The translations under genes were made by a program, and so were the position numbers. From Chloroflexaceae bacterium (lineage in GTDB: Bacteria > Chloroflexota > Chloroflexia > Chloroflexales > Chloroflexaceae), in assembly GCA_025057155.1 (NCBI GenBank), contig JANWYD010000016.1, forward strand, positions 54,056 through 118,055: a DNA stretch of 64,000 nt. The letters run 5' to 3'. Within the stretch, counting starts at the first letter, position 1. Every line of letters starts with the position of its first letter. Under the pieces are notes generated by a model. That model had not been told where the DNA came from. It searched no databases and saw only the letters and a list, made by a program, of their open reading frames with translations. This document shows positions 29,695-39,296 of the stretch, one piece after another.

Positions 29695-29822
29695 GGAGGT
29701 GTGGAGGTGTGGAGGTGTGGAGGTGTGGAGGCGTGGAGGTGTGGAGGCGTGGAGGTGTGGAGGTGTGGAGGTGTGGAGGTGTGCTTCACATCTCTACATC
29801 TCCACATCTCCACACCTCCACA
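29695..29822 (+). repeat. tandem octamer array (GGAGGYGT)x11 followed by an inverted, degenerate arm
   Basis: Eleven phased units span 29695-29782. Then gcttcacatctctacatctccacatctccacacctccac follows, which is complementary to the array. Confidence 0.95.
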
Positions 29823-29847
29823 GACCTGCAGTTGCCCGGCCCCGACC

Positions 29848-30336
29848 CTACACTGCCGTGGCGGTGACCTTGATCATGCGATCGCCCTGCACGATCTTGT
29901 CGCACACCTCCTCCATACCGCTGATCACGCGCCCGAAGACGGTATGCTTGCCGTTCAGATGGGGTTGCGGCTGGTAGACGATGAAGAACTGGCTGCCGTT
30001 CGTGTTTGGGCCGGCATTGGCCATGGAGATGACGCCGCGTTCGTGGGTGAGGGGGTTGCCCATCGTCTCATCACGGAAGCGGTAGCCGGGACCGCCGGCG
30101 CCGGTGCCGGTAGGATCACCGCCCTGGATGACGAAATCCTTGATGACGCGATGGAAGACCACGCCATCGTAGAAGCCCTGGTTGGCGAGGAAGACGAAGT
30201 TGTTTACCGTCATCGGAGCGTACTGGGGATATAACTCGAGTTCGATGGTGCCCTTATTGGTCTCCATCGTAACGCGGTACGTCTTGGTGACGTCAATCTG
30301 CATCGGGGGCGGGCTGGACCACTTTTTGGCGCTCAC
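29848..30336 (-). CDS. peptidyl-prolyl cis-trans isomerase, cyclophilin type
   Basis: [30 protein letters not shown] and HTVFGRV. The GTG at 30336 has AAGGAAAGGAA upstream. The track ORF extends to 30495. Confidence 0.9.
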   Translation of the reverse strand: MSAKKWSSPPPMQIDVTKTYRVTMETNKGTIELELYPQYAPMTVNNFVFLANQGFYDGVVFHRVIKDFVIQGGDPTGTGAGGPGYRFRDETMGNPLTHERGVISMANAGPNTNGSQFFIVYQPQPHLNGKHTVFGRVISGMEEVCDKIVQGDRMIKVTATAV

Positions 30337-30539
30337 GGCGGGTTCCTTTCCTTCTGCGGCGAGAATGTTGGGATTATAGCACGCCAGGTCCAAAAGAAGC
30401 GCATCGGCGGGGGCAACCGGGCGGTCGCCCCTGCCGATGCGCATGGACAGGAAGGTCGAAGGCCGGAGCCGTTCCAGGGTCCGGAGATCAGCCACAGGTC
30501 AGTATAGCCGGCTGGAGCCGGCGAGACCGGTTGCAGGTC

Positions 30540-31544
30540 CTACGCCGCGAGACCGAGGCGTGCCCTGGTGGCCTGCGGATCCATTCCGTGCAGGCGCAGC
30601 AAGTTCTCGCCGAGGATCTTCTTCTTGGCCTGCCTGGTAAGCTGGCCGCAGCCGTAGCCCTGCACGATATCCTCCGGCAGTTCAAACTCCCAGAACGCCT
30701 TCAGGGCGCCGCGGGGGTGCCAGATCGGCGTTTCGCCGCCGTAGATGATCTTATCTTCGCCGCACCAGAAGAGCAGCTTGGCCATGTTTTCAGCGAAGAC
30801 GCGGGGCGAGCGAACGACAAAGTTAACGGTGGCGGCGATGGAGGCATAGAGGTTGGGGTAGCGCACCAGTTGCCAGCACACCTCATCAATGAACGGCAGG
30901 CCTACGTGGAAGATGACAAAGTTGATGTCGGGGAAGTTCGCCGCAGCGCCGTCCATATCCCACGTCTGGGTATGCTCGATGGGCTGGGGGCCAAGGGGCA
31001 CGCCCTTGTGGACGCCGATCAGGTTCACGCCGAGTTCAAGCGCCTTCTCAAACACCGGGAAAGCGACGCGGGGATCGTCCATGCGCCAGGGGAAGGGCTG
31101 GCCGTAGTCGTAGCGCACGTTGTACAGTTTGAACCCTCTGGCGCCGAACTCCTTGACCTGGATCTCCATCAGATCCAGGGCCTTTTTGCCCTCCAGCGGG
31201 TTGATCGTCCCCCAGAAGACGGCCCGATCGGGGTAGCGTCGGGCAAACTCGGCGCACTTCTCCCACTTTGAGAGGCCATCCTTGAAGAGATCGGTGAGGG
31301 GGAGCGGCTGGGCCACGATCATATCGGTGGGACTCTCATCAAAGACCATGCGCGCGATCTCTTCAACACTCCACTCGCGCATGTACTCTTCAGGGGTGAG
31401 CGTGCGCTCGCCGGGGGCGTTCAGCACCTGGTGAAAGGCGTAGAGATGGTCAATGAACATCTCGCCAGGCTTGCCAAAGGCATTCCGCTTGTCGAAGTTG
31501 AACACGTGGCACACGCAATCGAATACGAAGGCATCGCCGATCAT
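30540..31544 (-). CDS. amidohydrolase-2 (ACMSD-like) family metal-dependent hydrolase
   Basis: A 334-aa protein with the N-terminal FDCVCHVF motif and TIM-barrel hydrolase spacing. SD is AAGGAGA, and the start overlaps the upstream gene's stop (ATGA). Confidence 0.7.
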   Translation of the reverse strand: MIGDAFVFDCVCHVFNFDKRNAFGKPGEMFIDHLYAFHQVLNAPGERTLTPEEYMREWSVEEIARMVFDESPTDMIVAQPLPLTDLFKDGLSKWEKCAEFARRYPDRAVFWGTINPLEGKKALDLMEIQVKEFGARGFKLYNVRYDYGQPFPWRMDDPRVAFPVFEKALELGVNLIGVHKGVPLGPQPIEHTQTWDMDGAAANFPDINFVIFHVGLPFIDEVCWQLVRYPNLYASIAATVNFVVRSPRVFAENMAKLLFWCGEDKIIYGGETPIWHPRGALKAFWEFELPEDIVQGYGCGQLTRQAKKKILGENLLRLHGMDPQATRARLGLAA

Positions 31545-31945
31545 CGTTGATCTCCTTCCTGACCCGACGCACGCTCACGGGCGAGGCGAGCCTCGCGGAG
31601 CGGCAGAAGTTTCTCCAGAGGCAAGCGAAGTTTCGCGCGGGCGCTCTCCGAGAGGCGCTCCGGCGACCAGGGCACATCCCACGTGAAGTTGACCCGCACC
31701 TGCTCGACTCCGGGCAGCTTGCCGACCTCTTCTTCGATCATGGTGAGCATGTGCATTGAGAAGGGGCACCAGCCAGTGGTGAGGACAAGATCGACATCCA
31801 CCTGCGAGCCGGCAATACACACCCGCTCGACCAGGCCCATGTCAACGACGCTTACCTCTTTCTCGCGGCAGCAGGGGTCGTAGCAGCGTCCAAGGGCCTC
31901 CATCACTTCAGACAGGTCCGGCGCTGGATGGGCAAACACGGTCAC
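31541..31945 (-). CDS. DUF59 (MIP18/SufT-like) Fe-S assembly domain protein
   Basis: The sequence includes VVDMGLV...VDVDLVLTTGWCPF. The GTG at 31945 is preceded by AAGGAG with a 5-nt spacer. Confidence 0.7.
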   Translation of the reverse strand: MTVFAHPAPDLSEVMEALGRCYDPCCREKEVSVVDMGLVERVCIAGSQVDVDLVLTTGWCPFSMHMLTMIEEEVGKLPGVEQVRVNFTWDVPWSPERLSESARAKLRLPLEKLLPLREARLARERASGQEGDQR

Positions 31946-32139
31946 GCAGACTCCTTTCGTGTTCTGGCGCAACACTACGCACTGACACTCCGGCGGCGGC
32001 GCCTTAAGGAAGTTGAGAACCGGGGGATATGATTATTATACACTAATGTGTATTTCTTGTCAATAATAGTTGAGGTTTCAAACAGAGCCCGAGCAACGTC
32101 CGCCTCCGGCGGCGGGAGGGGGACGGCGGCGCCCGACCT

Positions 32140-32312
32140 CTCAGGTGCAGGGTTGTTCGCGGGAGAAGGGGTTTTCGGCATTCCACTGCGCTTGCGATCC
32201 TCACCCCCCCGCCCCCCCTCTTCCGCGAGCGGGAGAGGGGGGCGCTGGGCGTTCCAATGCCCCGGATGGCGCATGCGACGCGAGGATGGGCCGGAAAACC
32301 CTGCACCTGAGA
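32140..32312 (-). repeat. Family-1 element, copy C (reverse orientation)
   Basis: The ends are ctcaggtgcagggttgttcgcggg and ggccggaaaaccctgcacctgaga. The central stem is ccctcttccgc/gcgggagaggg. Confidence 0.85.
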
Positions 32313-32342
32313 ACGGCGCCCGGCGGGGATTACCGTTATGCT

Positions 32343-33254
32343 CTAGTCGGAGAGGCCCGCGCGCAGGAGGAGCTGGTAGGCGATCAGCAGTTGCACCAGG
32401 CCGAGGGCGTGGCTCTGGCACAGCTCGCGGCCCTGGAGGTACAGGCCGATCTGTTCGGGACGCAGGTAGCTGAGACCGGGGAGATTGGACCAGATGACCT
32501 CTTCGACGGCGGCGGCCTGGGCGGCGCTGATGGACCCGTCGATCTCGAAGATCTCGGTGAGCCGCCCTTCGTCGCGCCCAACCCGCAGTCGCAGGGCCGG
32601 GGGCTGGATCTGCCGCGCCAGGACGGGCCCAAGGTCGGGGTAGGTCAGCGTGGGACGGAGCACCAGGCGCACGTTGAGGTGACCATCGGAAACTTCGCCG
32701 TTGGGATAGAAGCGCACCACGATGTCGGCCCAGCCCCGCTGGGGCTGGATGAACTCGACCGAGTCGGCGCGGCTGCGGGCGATCTCGGCGCGCACCTGCT
32801 CGGGGGTGTAGCCGCGCAGCACGCAGTCGCGCTGGATCTTCCAGCGTTCGCGTAATTCTTCGGGAGGATCGAGAAAGACCTTGACGTGGTACGGTTCGCG
32901 CAGGCGGGGGGTCGCCAGGCCCAGCAATCCCTCGGCGATAATAAAGGGCGCCGGGTCCAGCCGCTGACGCCCGTCAACTTCGCCGGTGGCATGGTTGTAT
33001 ACCGGTTTGACGATGGATTGACCGCGGGCCAGGCAGTGGAGGTGCTCCTCCATCAGGTCAATATGGTTGCAATCGGGATGCAGGGGCGTCAGGCAGCGGC
33101 GTTCCCGCTCCGACCGGCTGTAGCGGTGGTAATCATCGAGGCTGAGCGTCGTAACCCGGTCGGGCCCGAGAATGGCGGCAATGCCGGTGCTCAGCGTCGT
33201 TTTGCCCGCCGCGCTGTCGCCGACTACTGCCAGGATAACGGGCCGCTGTTGCAT
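32343..33254 (-). CDS. prk: phosphoribulokinase (cyanobacterial/plant-type PRK family)
   Basis: VGDSAAGKTTL P-loop, LDDYHRY, KPVYNHATG, and KIQRDCVLRGYTPEQV matching the PRK signature KIQRDMAERGH as I recall it. Confidence 0.7.
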   Translation of the reverse strand: MQQRPVILAVVGDSAAGKTTLSTGIAAILGPDRVTTLSLDDYHRYSRSERERRCLTPLHPDCNHIDLMEEHLHCLARGQSIVKPVYNHATGEVDGRQRLDPAPFIIAEGLLGLATPRLREPYHVKVFLDPPEELRERWKIQRDCVLRGYTPEQVRAEIARSRADSVEFIQPQRGWADIVVRFYPNGEVSDGHLNVRLVLRPTLTYPDLGPVLARQIQPPALRLRVGRDEGRLTEIFEIDGSISAAQAAAVEEVIWSNLPGLSYLRPEQIGLYLQGRELCQSHALGLVQLLIAYQLLLRAGLSD

Positions 33255-33430
33255 ATCCTACACCAGTGCGCTCTCAGGAACCACGTTCAAAACATCACGT
33301 AGTCCTCCGTGCTCAGTATACGCCGCTGGCGCAGGCGGGACGACCGCACGGGGGGCGGTTTCGACCTACCTGGTCGGGTAGGGAAGGTGGGGGCATGGGG
33401 AAACCGGTTGCCCCTTGCGTGTGTGTAACC

Positions 33431-34255
33431 TCAGAGAGCCGGCGCCGCAGCCGAGCGAAGCTGCTCAAGCACGAAGCGGCGGGCGCGGGCGGCTCGCTCG
33501 AGCGCGACGTGCTCGATCACCAGCGGCGCGCTGATCTCGGCGCGGACGAGCGCGCCCAGAAAGGTGGGATAGTCCAGCACGCCTTCGCCCGGGCCGGGCA
33601 GATCGAGAGCCGCGCCCCGCAGGCGCATGTCTTTGAGGTGGACCAGGCTGGTATACGGGGCGAGGGCGGCGATGAGGGGGGGCAGCAACTCGCTCTGCCG
33701 CTGCCACATGCCGGGGGTCAGGAGGTTGGGCGGATCGAGCACCACCCGCACATAGGGTGAGCCGATTTCTTCACAAAAGGCCACGATCCGTTCGGGCGCA
33801 TCGAGGACGTGGGTGAAGAACGGCTCGAAGACCAGAATGGCGTCACTGGCGTCGAGGAGCGGAAAGAGGTCGTCTACCGCGCGGCGCAGGGCATCCCAGG
33901 CGGCCGCGCTCTGGTTTTCAGGATGTTCTTCCAGCAGGTTCGGGGCGTAGGTGCCGCTCCAGGTGACGACGCGCCGGGAGTCGAGGGCGGGCAGCCGGGC
34001 GATCAGGTCGGCCAGCGCCGCCTGGGTGAAGCCCATCGGCGCGTCGGCGGGCCGCAACGGGTTGGCGTAGCCCGAAACGGCGACGATCTCGACGCCGCTC
34101 CCGGCGGCAGCCCGACGCACGCGCCGGGCCAGGGCGGCGTCGCAGCCGGCAGGGAAGTGCGCCTGCACCGTCCCGAAGCCTAGCTCGGCCACCTGCTCAA
34201 AGAGGCGCGGCGCGTCCTGCTCCGGGCGAATGTCAATCCAGATGCCGAGTTGCAT
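33431..34255 (-). CDS. sugar phosphate isomerase/epimerase (xylose isomerase-like TIM barrel)
   Basis: A 274-aa protein with the typical GF..VQ, FEP and HLKD blocks. Confidence 0.7.
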   Translation of the reverse strand: MQLGIWIDIRPEQDAPRLFEQVAELGFGTVQAHFPAGCDAALARRVRRAAAGSGVEIVAVSGYANPLRPADAPMGFTQAALADLIARLPALDSRRVVTWSGTYAPNLLEEHPENQSAAAWDALRRAVDDLFPLLDASDAILVFEPFFTHVLDAPERIVAFCEEIGSPYVRVVLDPPNLLTPGMWQRQSELLPPLIAALAPYTSLVHLKDMRLRGAALDLPGPGEGVLDYPTFLGALVRAEISAPLVIEHVALERAARARRFVLEQLRSAAAPAL

Positions 34256-34323
34256 GGCGCGGTTCCAGGAATGAGACTTCGTCGCCCATTATACGCGATC
34301 CCGTTGAGGGCGCGACAACGCGG

Positions 34324-35394
34324 TCACTCGCGAGGTAACGCGCCGTTCCGTCCCGGGCGCAGCCGCGCCGGCGACCAGCCCGCCGCCCGCAGATGGGCGC
34401 CGACGTCCACGCGCAGGCCGGTGCGCGAGGAGGCCACCGCCGCCGAGGTGAGGGCCAGGCTGTGGATATTGTCTTCGGCGTCGGGTTCAGGGGCCGCCTC
34501 GCCCCAGAGGGCGCGGGTGAAGATGTCGAGGCCCCGGGCCAGGCCCACCGGTTCGAGGCGCGGCGTCTCCAGCGGGCGCGGGGTGTCGCTTTCGCCCGGG
34601 TAGAACCAGACCGTTTCGTCCTCACGCAGCAGCAAGGCCCCATCTGAACCCGCGACGATCAACTCGCCGTCCCACGAACTGCGCGGGCCGCGAGCCACCC
34701 AGCTCCCGAAGTAACTGACCGGGATGTCTCCCTCCAGCAGCAGGTCCACCATGGCGCAGGAGTTGCCGCGAAACCAGCTCCAGGCGGGGCGGAAGCTGTG
34801 GGCGAAGACGCGCTGCCCGTTGCGTCCGGAGATAAAACGGATGGTGTCGAAGTGATGGATGGCGAGATCTTCGATCAGCACTTCGGGCATGCTGTCGCGC
34901 CAGCCGCCGAAGCGGAAAGGAACGCGGAACTGGCAGGTGATGTAGCCCGGTTCGCCGATCAAGCCCCGGTGCACTGCATCGCGCAGGGCGACAATGTGGG
35001 GCAGCCAGCGACGCCCCTGGCCGACCATCAGCGGCGTCCCGCTTTGCCGGGCGGCACGGAGCACGGCCACGCCGTCGGTCAGGCTGGAGGCCAGGGGTTT
35101 TTCGCAGAACACCGGCAGGCCGCGGTTCAATGCCGCCACGCTGATGGCGCGGTGGGTCTCGGGCGGCGTGACCACCAGCACGGCGTCGGCCGGCGTCAGT
35201 TCAAAGGCGGCGTCGGCGTTGCCGAAGCGCCGTTCCTCGGGAATGCCGAAGGCGTCGCCAGCGGCGTTGAGCTTATCGGGCGCGCTGTCAACCAGGGCGG
35301 CGATGGTCCAGCGCGGATCGGCGCGGAGCGTCTCCAGCCAGGCGCGGCCCATCACCCCCGTCCCGACGACAATCATCCGTAGCGGGTCTTGCAT
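34324..35394 (-). CDS. Gfo/Idh/MocA family oxidoreductase
   Basis: N-terminal Rossmann motif IVVGTGVMGRAW, plus the EKP motif (FCEKPLA). Confidence 0.8.
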   Translation of the reverse strand: MQDPLRMIVVGTGVMGRAWLETLRADPRWTIAALVDSAPDKLNAAGDAFGIPEERRFGNADAAFELTPADAVLVVTPPETHRAISVAALNRGLPVFCEKPLASSLTDGVAVLRAARQSGTPLMVGQGRRWLPHIVALRDAVHRGLIGEPGYITCQFRVPFRFGGWRDSMPEVLIEDLAIHHFDTIRFISGRNGQRVFAHSFRPAWSWFRGNSCAMVDLLLEGDIPVSYFGSWVARGPRSSWDGELIVAGSDGALLLREDETVWFYPGESDTPRPLETPRLEPVGLARGLDIFTRALWGEAAPEPDAEDNIHSLALTSAAVASSRTGLRVDVGAHLRAAGWSPARLRPGRNGALPRE

Positions 35395-35570
35395 ACAGCA
35401 CCTCTTCGCCCGAAGGTTGGGAATGCACGAGCGGGAGCAGGCCTAGAAGCCCTCCCCGCGCAGCATGAACTCGTTACAACAGGATAATAACGCGTATTGT
35501 AGCAGACCTGCGGTGAAGGTTGCCGGCTGCGCCGGGGCAACAGCCTGGCAACGAACGCGCAGTGGCTGGT

Positions 35571-35792
35571 TGATGTTTCTTCACTCAGTGATGAGAAAAT
35601 TTAGAAACTACTACAACAACTTACATAATAAGATCCCATTGTCCAGAGTCATTTTAAATGTTCAAAAACATCTGTTACATTGTGTAGTTTCTAAGATATG
35701 CACTTACTTAGTACTACTAATTATTGCAATGATTTATCATCTCGTATTTCTGATTAATTCTTTGATTAAGAATCTTGTTACTCATTCAGCCA
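35571..35792. promoter_or_regulatory. AT-rich island upstream of the large secreted-protein gene
   Basis: About 220 bp of clearly AT-rich sequence in a GC-rich context. It contains an 11-bp perfect inverted repeat ttagaaactac (35601-35611) / gtagtttctaa (35684-35694). Confidence 0.5.
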
Positions 35793-35819
35793 TACCGGGC
35801 CACGTCGGAGGAGAGACAG

Positions 35820-38800
35820 ATGAGGGTGCGCCGCACAAACCAACCAACCAGCGCCTTCGCACTCCGGATCTTGATCCTGCTCGGTGTTGCGCTGGCACTG
35901 CTGGTTCCGGCGTATGTTCAGGCGAAACGCATCGAATTTGCGCCGCATGCGCAGGCGGCGCCGGCGGAGTGGAGCCAGTTGGGATATACACCCCAGCGTA
36001 CTGGCTATGTGCCGACAACCCTTGAGGCCGTAAGCCGGGTGCGATGGATCTGGAACGGGCCAATCAACGGCGGCGACGCTGGCCCGGCGAGTAACCACCT
36101 GGCCCTGCCGGAGGGCGTGCAGCCGGTCGCCGGGGGCGGGAGTCTCTACCTGGGCCATAGCGACGGCACCGTGCGGGCGCTCGCGGAAACCGACGGGCGC
36201 GAGGTCTGGATCACCGATCTGACCGCCAGCCAGGGTATCACCAATACGCTGGCCTACGACGCGGAAACCAACAGCGTCTATGCGGGCACGATGGGGGGAC
36301 GCGTGTATCGGCTGAGCGCTTCCAACGGCGTGGTGAGCGGATTCGTCGATCTCGGCGGTCAGATCCTCATGGCCCCCCTCCTGGTCGCTAATCACATCTA
36401 TATCGGTTCAACCAACGGCTACTTCTATGCGTTAGACAAGAGCACGCTCCGGCAGGTCTGGAGCTATGACGCAGGCGCCGCGCTCCACGGCTCGCCGGCA
36501 TATTCCGCCAACCAGGGCGGGACGATTATCATACTGGCAGAAGATCGGTCCGTACATGCGCTGCGGCAGAGCGATGGCGCCCGGCTGTGGCGCACCGTCG
36601 TCAACGGCGCCGTCAATCCCTTGACAAACTCGGTATTCGTCAGCACCTACCCGGTCGTTTCCGATGTGAATAACGTTGTGATTGTGCGGTCCTTCTTCGA
36701 TTGGAACCTGACCTGGCAGCCGAGCGGCGGGGCGCCTGCCTCAATCAGCGATATTCGCAGCTTCCTCACGGCCAATCCGAGCTTCCAGTCCTTTTTTGTG
36801 CTCGATCTTGTCACCGGGTTGCCCCGGTATGTGGCGCCGGTGATGGGAGGGGCGATGGGTAATGGCGGCATCTACTACTCGCCGCCCCCGCAGGCAGTGG
36901 TGCGCCGGCTGGACGATGGGAGCGAGGTGGCCTACCTCCTCTGGCGCAACCGCCAGTCCTGTGGCGGCGTCTGTGATGGGCGCGAGGATACGACGCTCGG
37001 AGAGATGGATCTTACTACCGGCGCGATCCGCTTCGTGCAGGATTACAAGAACCAGGGCAGCATCCGTGTGCCTACCGATGAGCAGGGTGTGCTGGCGATG
37101 GCGGGCGATAGCATGTTCCATGCCCACTGGATGACCCTCGGCGGTGTGCGGATCACCGACCGTTCGGCGAGCCTGGGCGCCACCTATGCCAATCCCATTC
37201 GCACTCTGGAACTGGCCCCGGTGGTGAATACGCTCGCCTCCGAGGCCTGCCCGGAACGTGATAGCATCCGGCGATACTGCCCCTCCGGTATGCGTGTCCC
37301 GGAGGAAAGTTATGTCAATGATCCTGGTTACTATGTTTACTACTATAACCAAAAAGTTTACGATCTCTACTGGCGACCGCCGGTGCGCAGCGTGATCATC
37401 AATAACGGCGCTATCTACTGGCGTACTGCGGACGGCGCGATTGTAGCCCTCCAGACCGGCGCGTATACGCCAGCGCCGTCTCCTACAGGAACCAGCACGT
37501 TTACCCCCACGCCCAGCAGCACTCCTGGGCCCTCCAACACGCCTACCGGCGCCCCGCCGCCCTCCAATACGCCCACCAGCGCCCCGTCGCCCTCCAATAC
37601 GCCCACCAGCGCCCCGCCGCCCTCCAATACGCCCACCGGCGCCCCGTCGCCCTCCAATACGCCCACCGGCGCCCCGCCGCCCTCCAATACGCCCACCGGC
37701 GCCCCGCCGCCCTCCAATACGCCCACCGGCGCCCCGCCGCCCTCCAACACGTCTACTCCAACCCGCACTGCCACGCCCACACTGGCCGCAGCTCCGGCCA
37801 ATTATGCTCTCGCCTTCGCGGGCGCCAATCAGGCCAGCGGCCCCCCGATCGCCGGACTCACCGGCAGTTGGACCGTTGAACTCTGGGCGCGGCCGGCCAC
37901 CGATGCCCAGAACGCCATCATCGTCGCCATTGCCAACGACGCCAGCGGCTGGTCGCTCGAACTCAACGGCGGGCGTCCCACGCTCTGGCTCGCCGGCCCC
38001 GGCGGGGCATGGCGCTCGGTTCAGCATCCGACCCCTCTTGCCGCCAATACCTGGCATCACCTCGCCGCAACCTATGACACTGCGACCGGTGTCGCCCGCA
38101 TCTTTGCAAACGGCGCCGCCGGTCCAGCGGCAACCATCGGGCAGGTGAGCGCGGGGCCGGCGCTCAATCTCGGAGGCTTCGCGCCCTATCCGTTCTTCAA
38201 TGGCCAGATTGACGAACTGCGCCTGTCAGGCGGAGTGCGCTACAGCGCCAGTTTCACGCCACCCGGCGCCGCGCTGCCGGTGGACGCCGCCACCAGGGCC
38301 CTCTTCAGCTTCAACGAAGGCAGCGGTCAGGTCACCCGCGACCGCTCCGGCAATGGCTACACCTTGACCCTTGGCCGTTCGACCAGCGTCGAACCCTCTG
38401 ACCCGACCTGGGTCACTTCAACCGCTCCAACGTCGGAGGGCGCGCCGTCGCCCACCAGCGCCCCCACGCCCTCCGCCACCCGCACCGCCACGCCCACCGG
38501 CGCCCCCGCGCCCTCCGCCACCCGCACCGCCACGCCCACCGGCGCCCCCGCGCCCTCCGCCACGCCCTCCGCCACCCGCACCGCCACGCCCACTGCTTCG
38601 CCGACCCGAACCGCGACCGCCATCAGCACACCGACGGTCACGCCGCCAGCGGTGAGTGACAGGATCTTCGCCGACGATTTTGAGACAGGCTCATTCAGCG
38701 CCTGGAGCGCCGTCACCAGCGATGGCGGCGACCTCGCCGTCAGCGGCGCTGCCGCCCTCAACGGGGCGTTCGGGATGGCCGCGACGATCAACGACAACAG

Positions 38801-39296
38801 GGCGATCTACGTCACCGATACCACTCCCGCCGCCGAACCGCGCTATCGCGTCCGGTTCTACCTCGACCCCAATAGCGCCACGATGACAAATGGCGACGCC
38901 TTCTTTGTGCTAATCGGCTATTCTGGCGCCGCAACGCCGGTATTCCGAGTGGAGTTGCGCCGCTCAAACAACGCCTACCAGATCCGCGCCTCGCTGAGCA
39001 ATGATGCCTCAACCTGGACGAATAGCGGATGGTATACCATCAGCGACGACCCGCATTTCGTCGAGATCGACTGGCAGGCAGCGACGACCGCCGGCGCGAA
39101 CAACGGCAGGATGACCCTCTGGATCGATGGCCAGCAACAGGCCAGTCTGACAACAATCGACAACGACACCTTGCGCGTCGAACAGATCCGGTTGGGGGCC
39201 GTCGCTGGAATCGACAACGGCACTCGTGGCGTATTCTTCTTCGACACCTTCGAGTCGCGCCGCCAGACCTATATCGGCCCGGTTGTCGCCCGATAG
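35820..39296 (+). CDS. large secreted multidomain protein: PQQ/BamB-like beta-propeller, Pro-rich repeat linker, LamG (concanavalin-like) domain, second linker and C-terminal domain
   Basis: Signal peptide ILILLGVALALLVPAYVQA after a GGAGGAG SD. Propeller repeats include DGTVRAL..DGREVW and NGYFYALD. (PSNTPTGAPP)n follows, and LamG-like WHHLAATYD...GQIDELRLS. Confidence 0.8.
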   Translation: MRVRRTNQPTSAFALRILILLGVALALLVPAYVQAKRIEFAPHAQAAPAEWSQLGYTPQRTGYVPTTLEAVSRVRWIWNGPINGGDAGPASNHLALPEGVQPVAGGGSLYLGHSDGTVRALAETDGREVWITDLTASQGITNTLAYDAETNSVYAGTMGGRVYRLSASNGVVSGFVDLGGQILMAPLLVANHIYIGSTNGYFYALDKSTLRQVWSYDAGAALHGSPAYSANQGGTIIILAEDRSVHALRQSDGARLWRTVVNGAVNPLTNSVFVSTYPVVSDVNNVVIVRSFFDWNLTWQPSGGAPASISDIRSFLTANPSFQSFFVLDLVTGLPRYVAPVMGGAMGNGGIYYSPPPQAVVRRLDDGSEVAYLLWRNRQSCGGVCDGREDTTLGEMDLTTGAIRFVQDYKNQGSIRVPTDEQGVLAMAGDSMFHAHWMTLGGVRITDRSASLGATYANPIRTLELAPVVNTLASEACPERDSIRRYCPSGMRVPEESYVNDPGYYVYYYNQKVYDLYWRPPVRSVIINNGAIYWRTADGAIVALQTGAYTPAPSPTGTSTFTPTPSSTPGPSNTPTGAPPPSNTPTSAPSPSNTPTSAPPPSNTPTGAPSPSNTPTGAPPPSNTPTGAPPPSNTPTGAPPPSNTSTPTRTATPTLAAAPANYALAFAGANQASGPPIAGLTGSWTVELWARPATDAQNAIIVAIANDASGWSLELNGGRPTLWLAGPGGAWRSVQHPTPLAANTWHHLAATYDTATGVARIFANGAAGPAATIGQVSAGPALNLGGFAPYPFFNGQIDELRLSGGVRYSASFTPPGAALPVDAATRALFSFNEGSGQVTRDRSGNGYTLTLGRSTSVEPSDPTWVTSTAPTSEGAPSPTSAPTPSATRTATPTGAPAPSATRTATPTGAPAPSATPSATRTATPTASPTRTATAISTPTVTPPAVSDRIFADDFETGSFSAWSAVTSDGGDLAVSGAAALNGAFGMAATINDNRAIYVTDTTPAAEPRYRVRFYLDPNSATMTNGDAFFVLIGYSGAATPVFRVELRRSNNAYQIRASLSNDASTWTNSGWYTISDDPHFVEIDWQAATTAGANNGRMTLWIDGQQQASLTTIDNDTLRVEQIRLGAVAGIDNGTRGVFFFDTFESRRQTYIGPVVAR
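37530..37750 (+). repeat. 30-bp in-frame tandem repeat (7 full units plus a partial one) encoding PSNTPT(G/S)AP(P/S)
   Basis: The unit ccctccaatacgcccaccggcgccccgccg repeats head to tail with single-base variants. Confidence 0.9.

Noticed and set aside
29695-29782. A CRISPR array, as an explanation for the octamer arrays (29695, 42563) or the 30-bp tandem repeat at 37530.
   Set aside because: The units are contiguous with no unique spacers. The units are 8 nt, or lie in frame inside a CDS. No cas genes are present.
29430-29822. The idea that (ACACCUCC)n in the EF-G paralog mRNA sequesters its GAGGAGG Shine-Dalgarno.
   Set aside because: A near-consensus promoter (29618-29645) lies downstream of the array, so the array is probably not in the main transcript. 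I kept it only as a possibility under readthrough in the corresponding finding.
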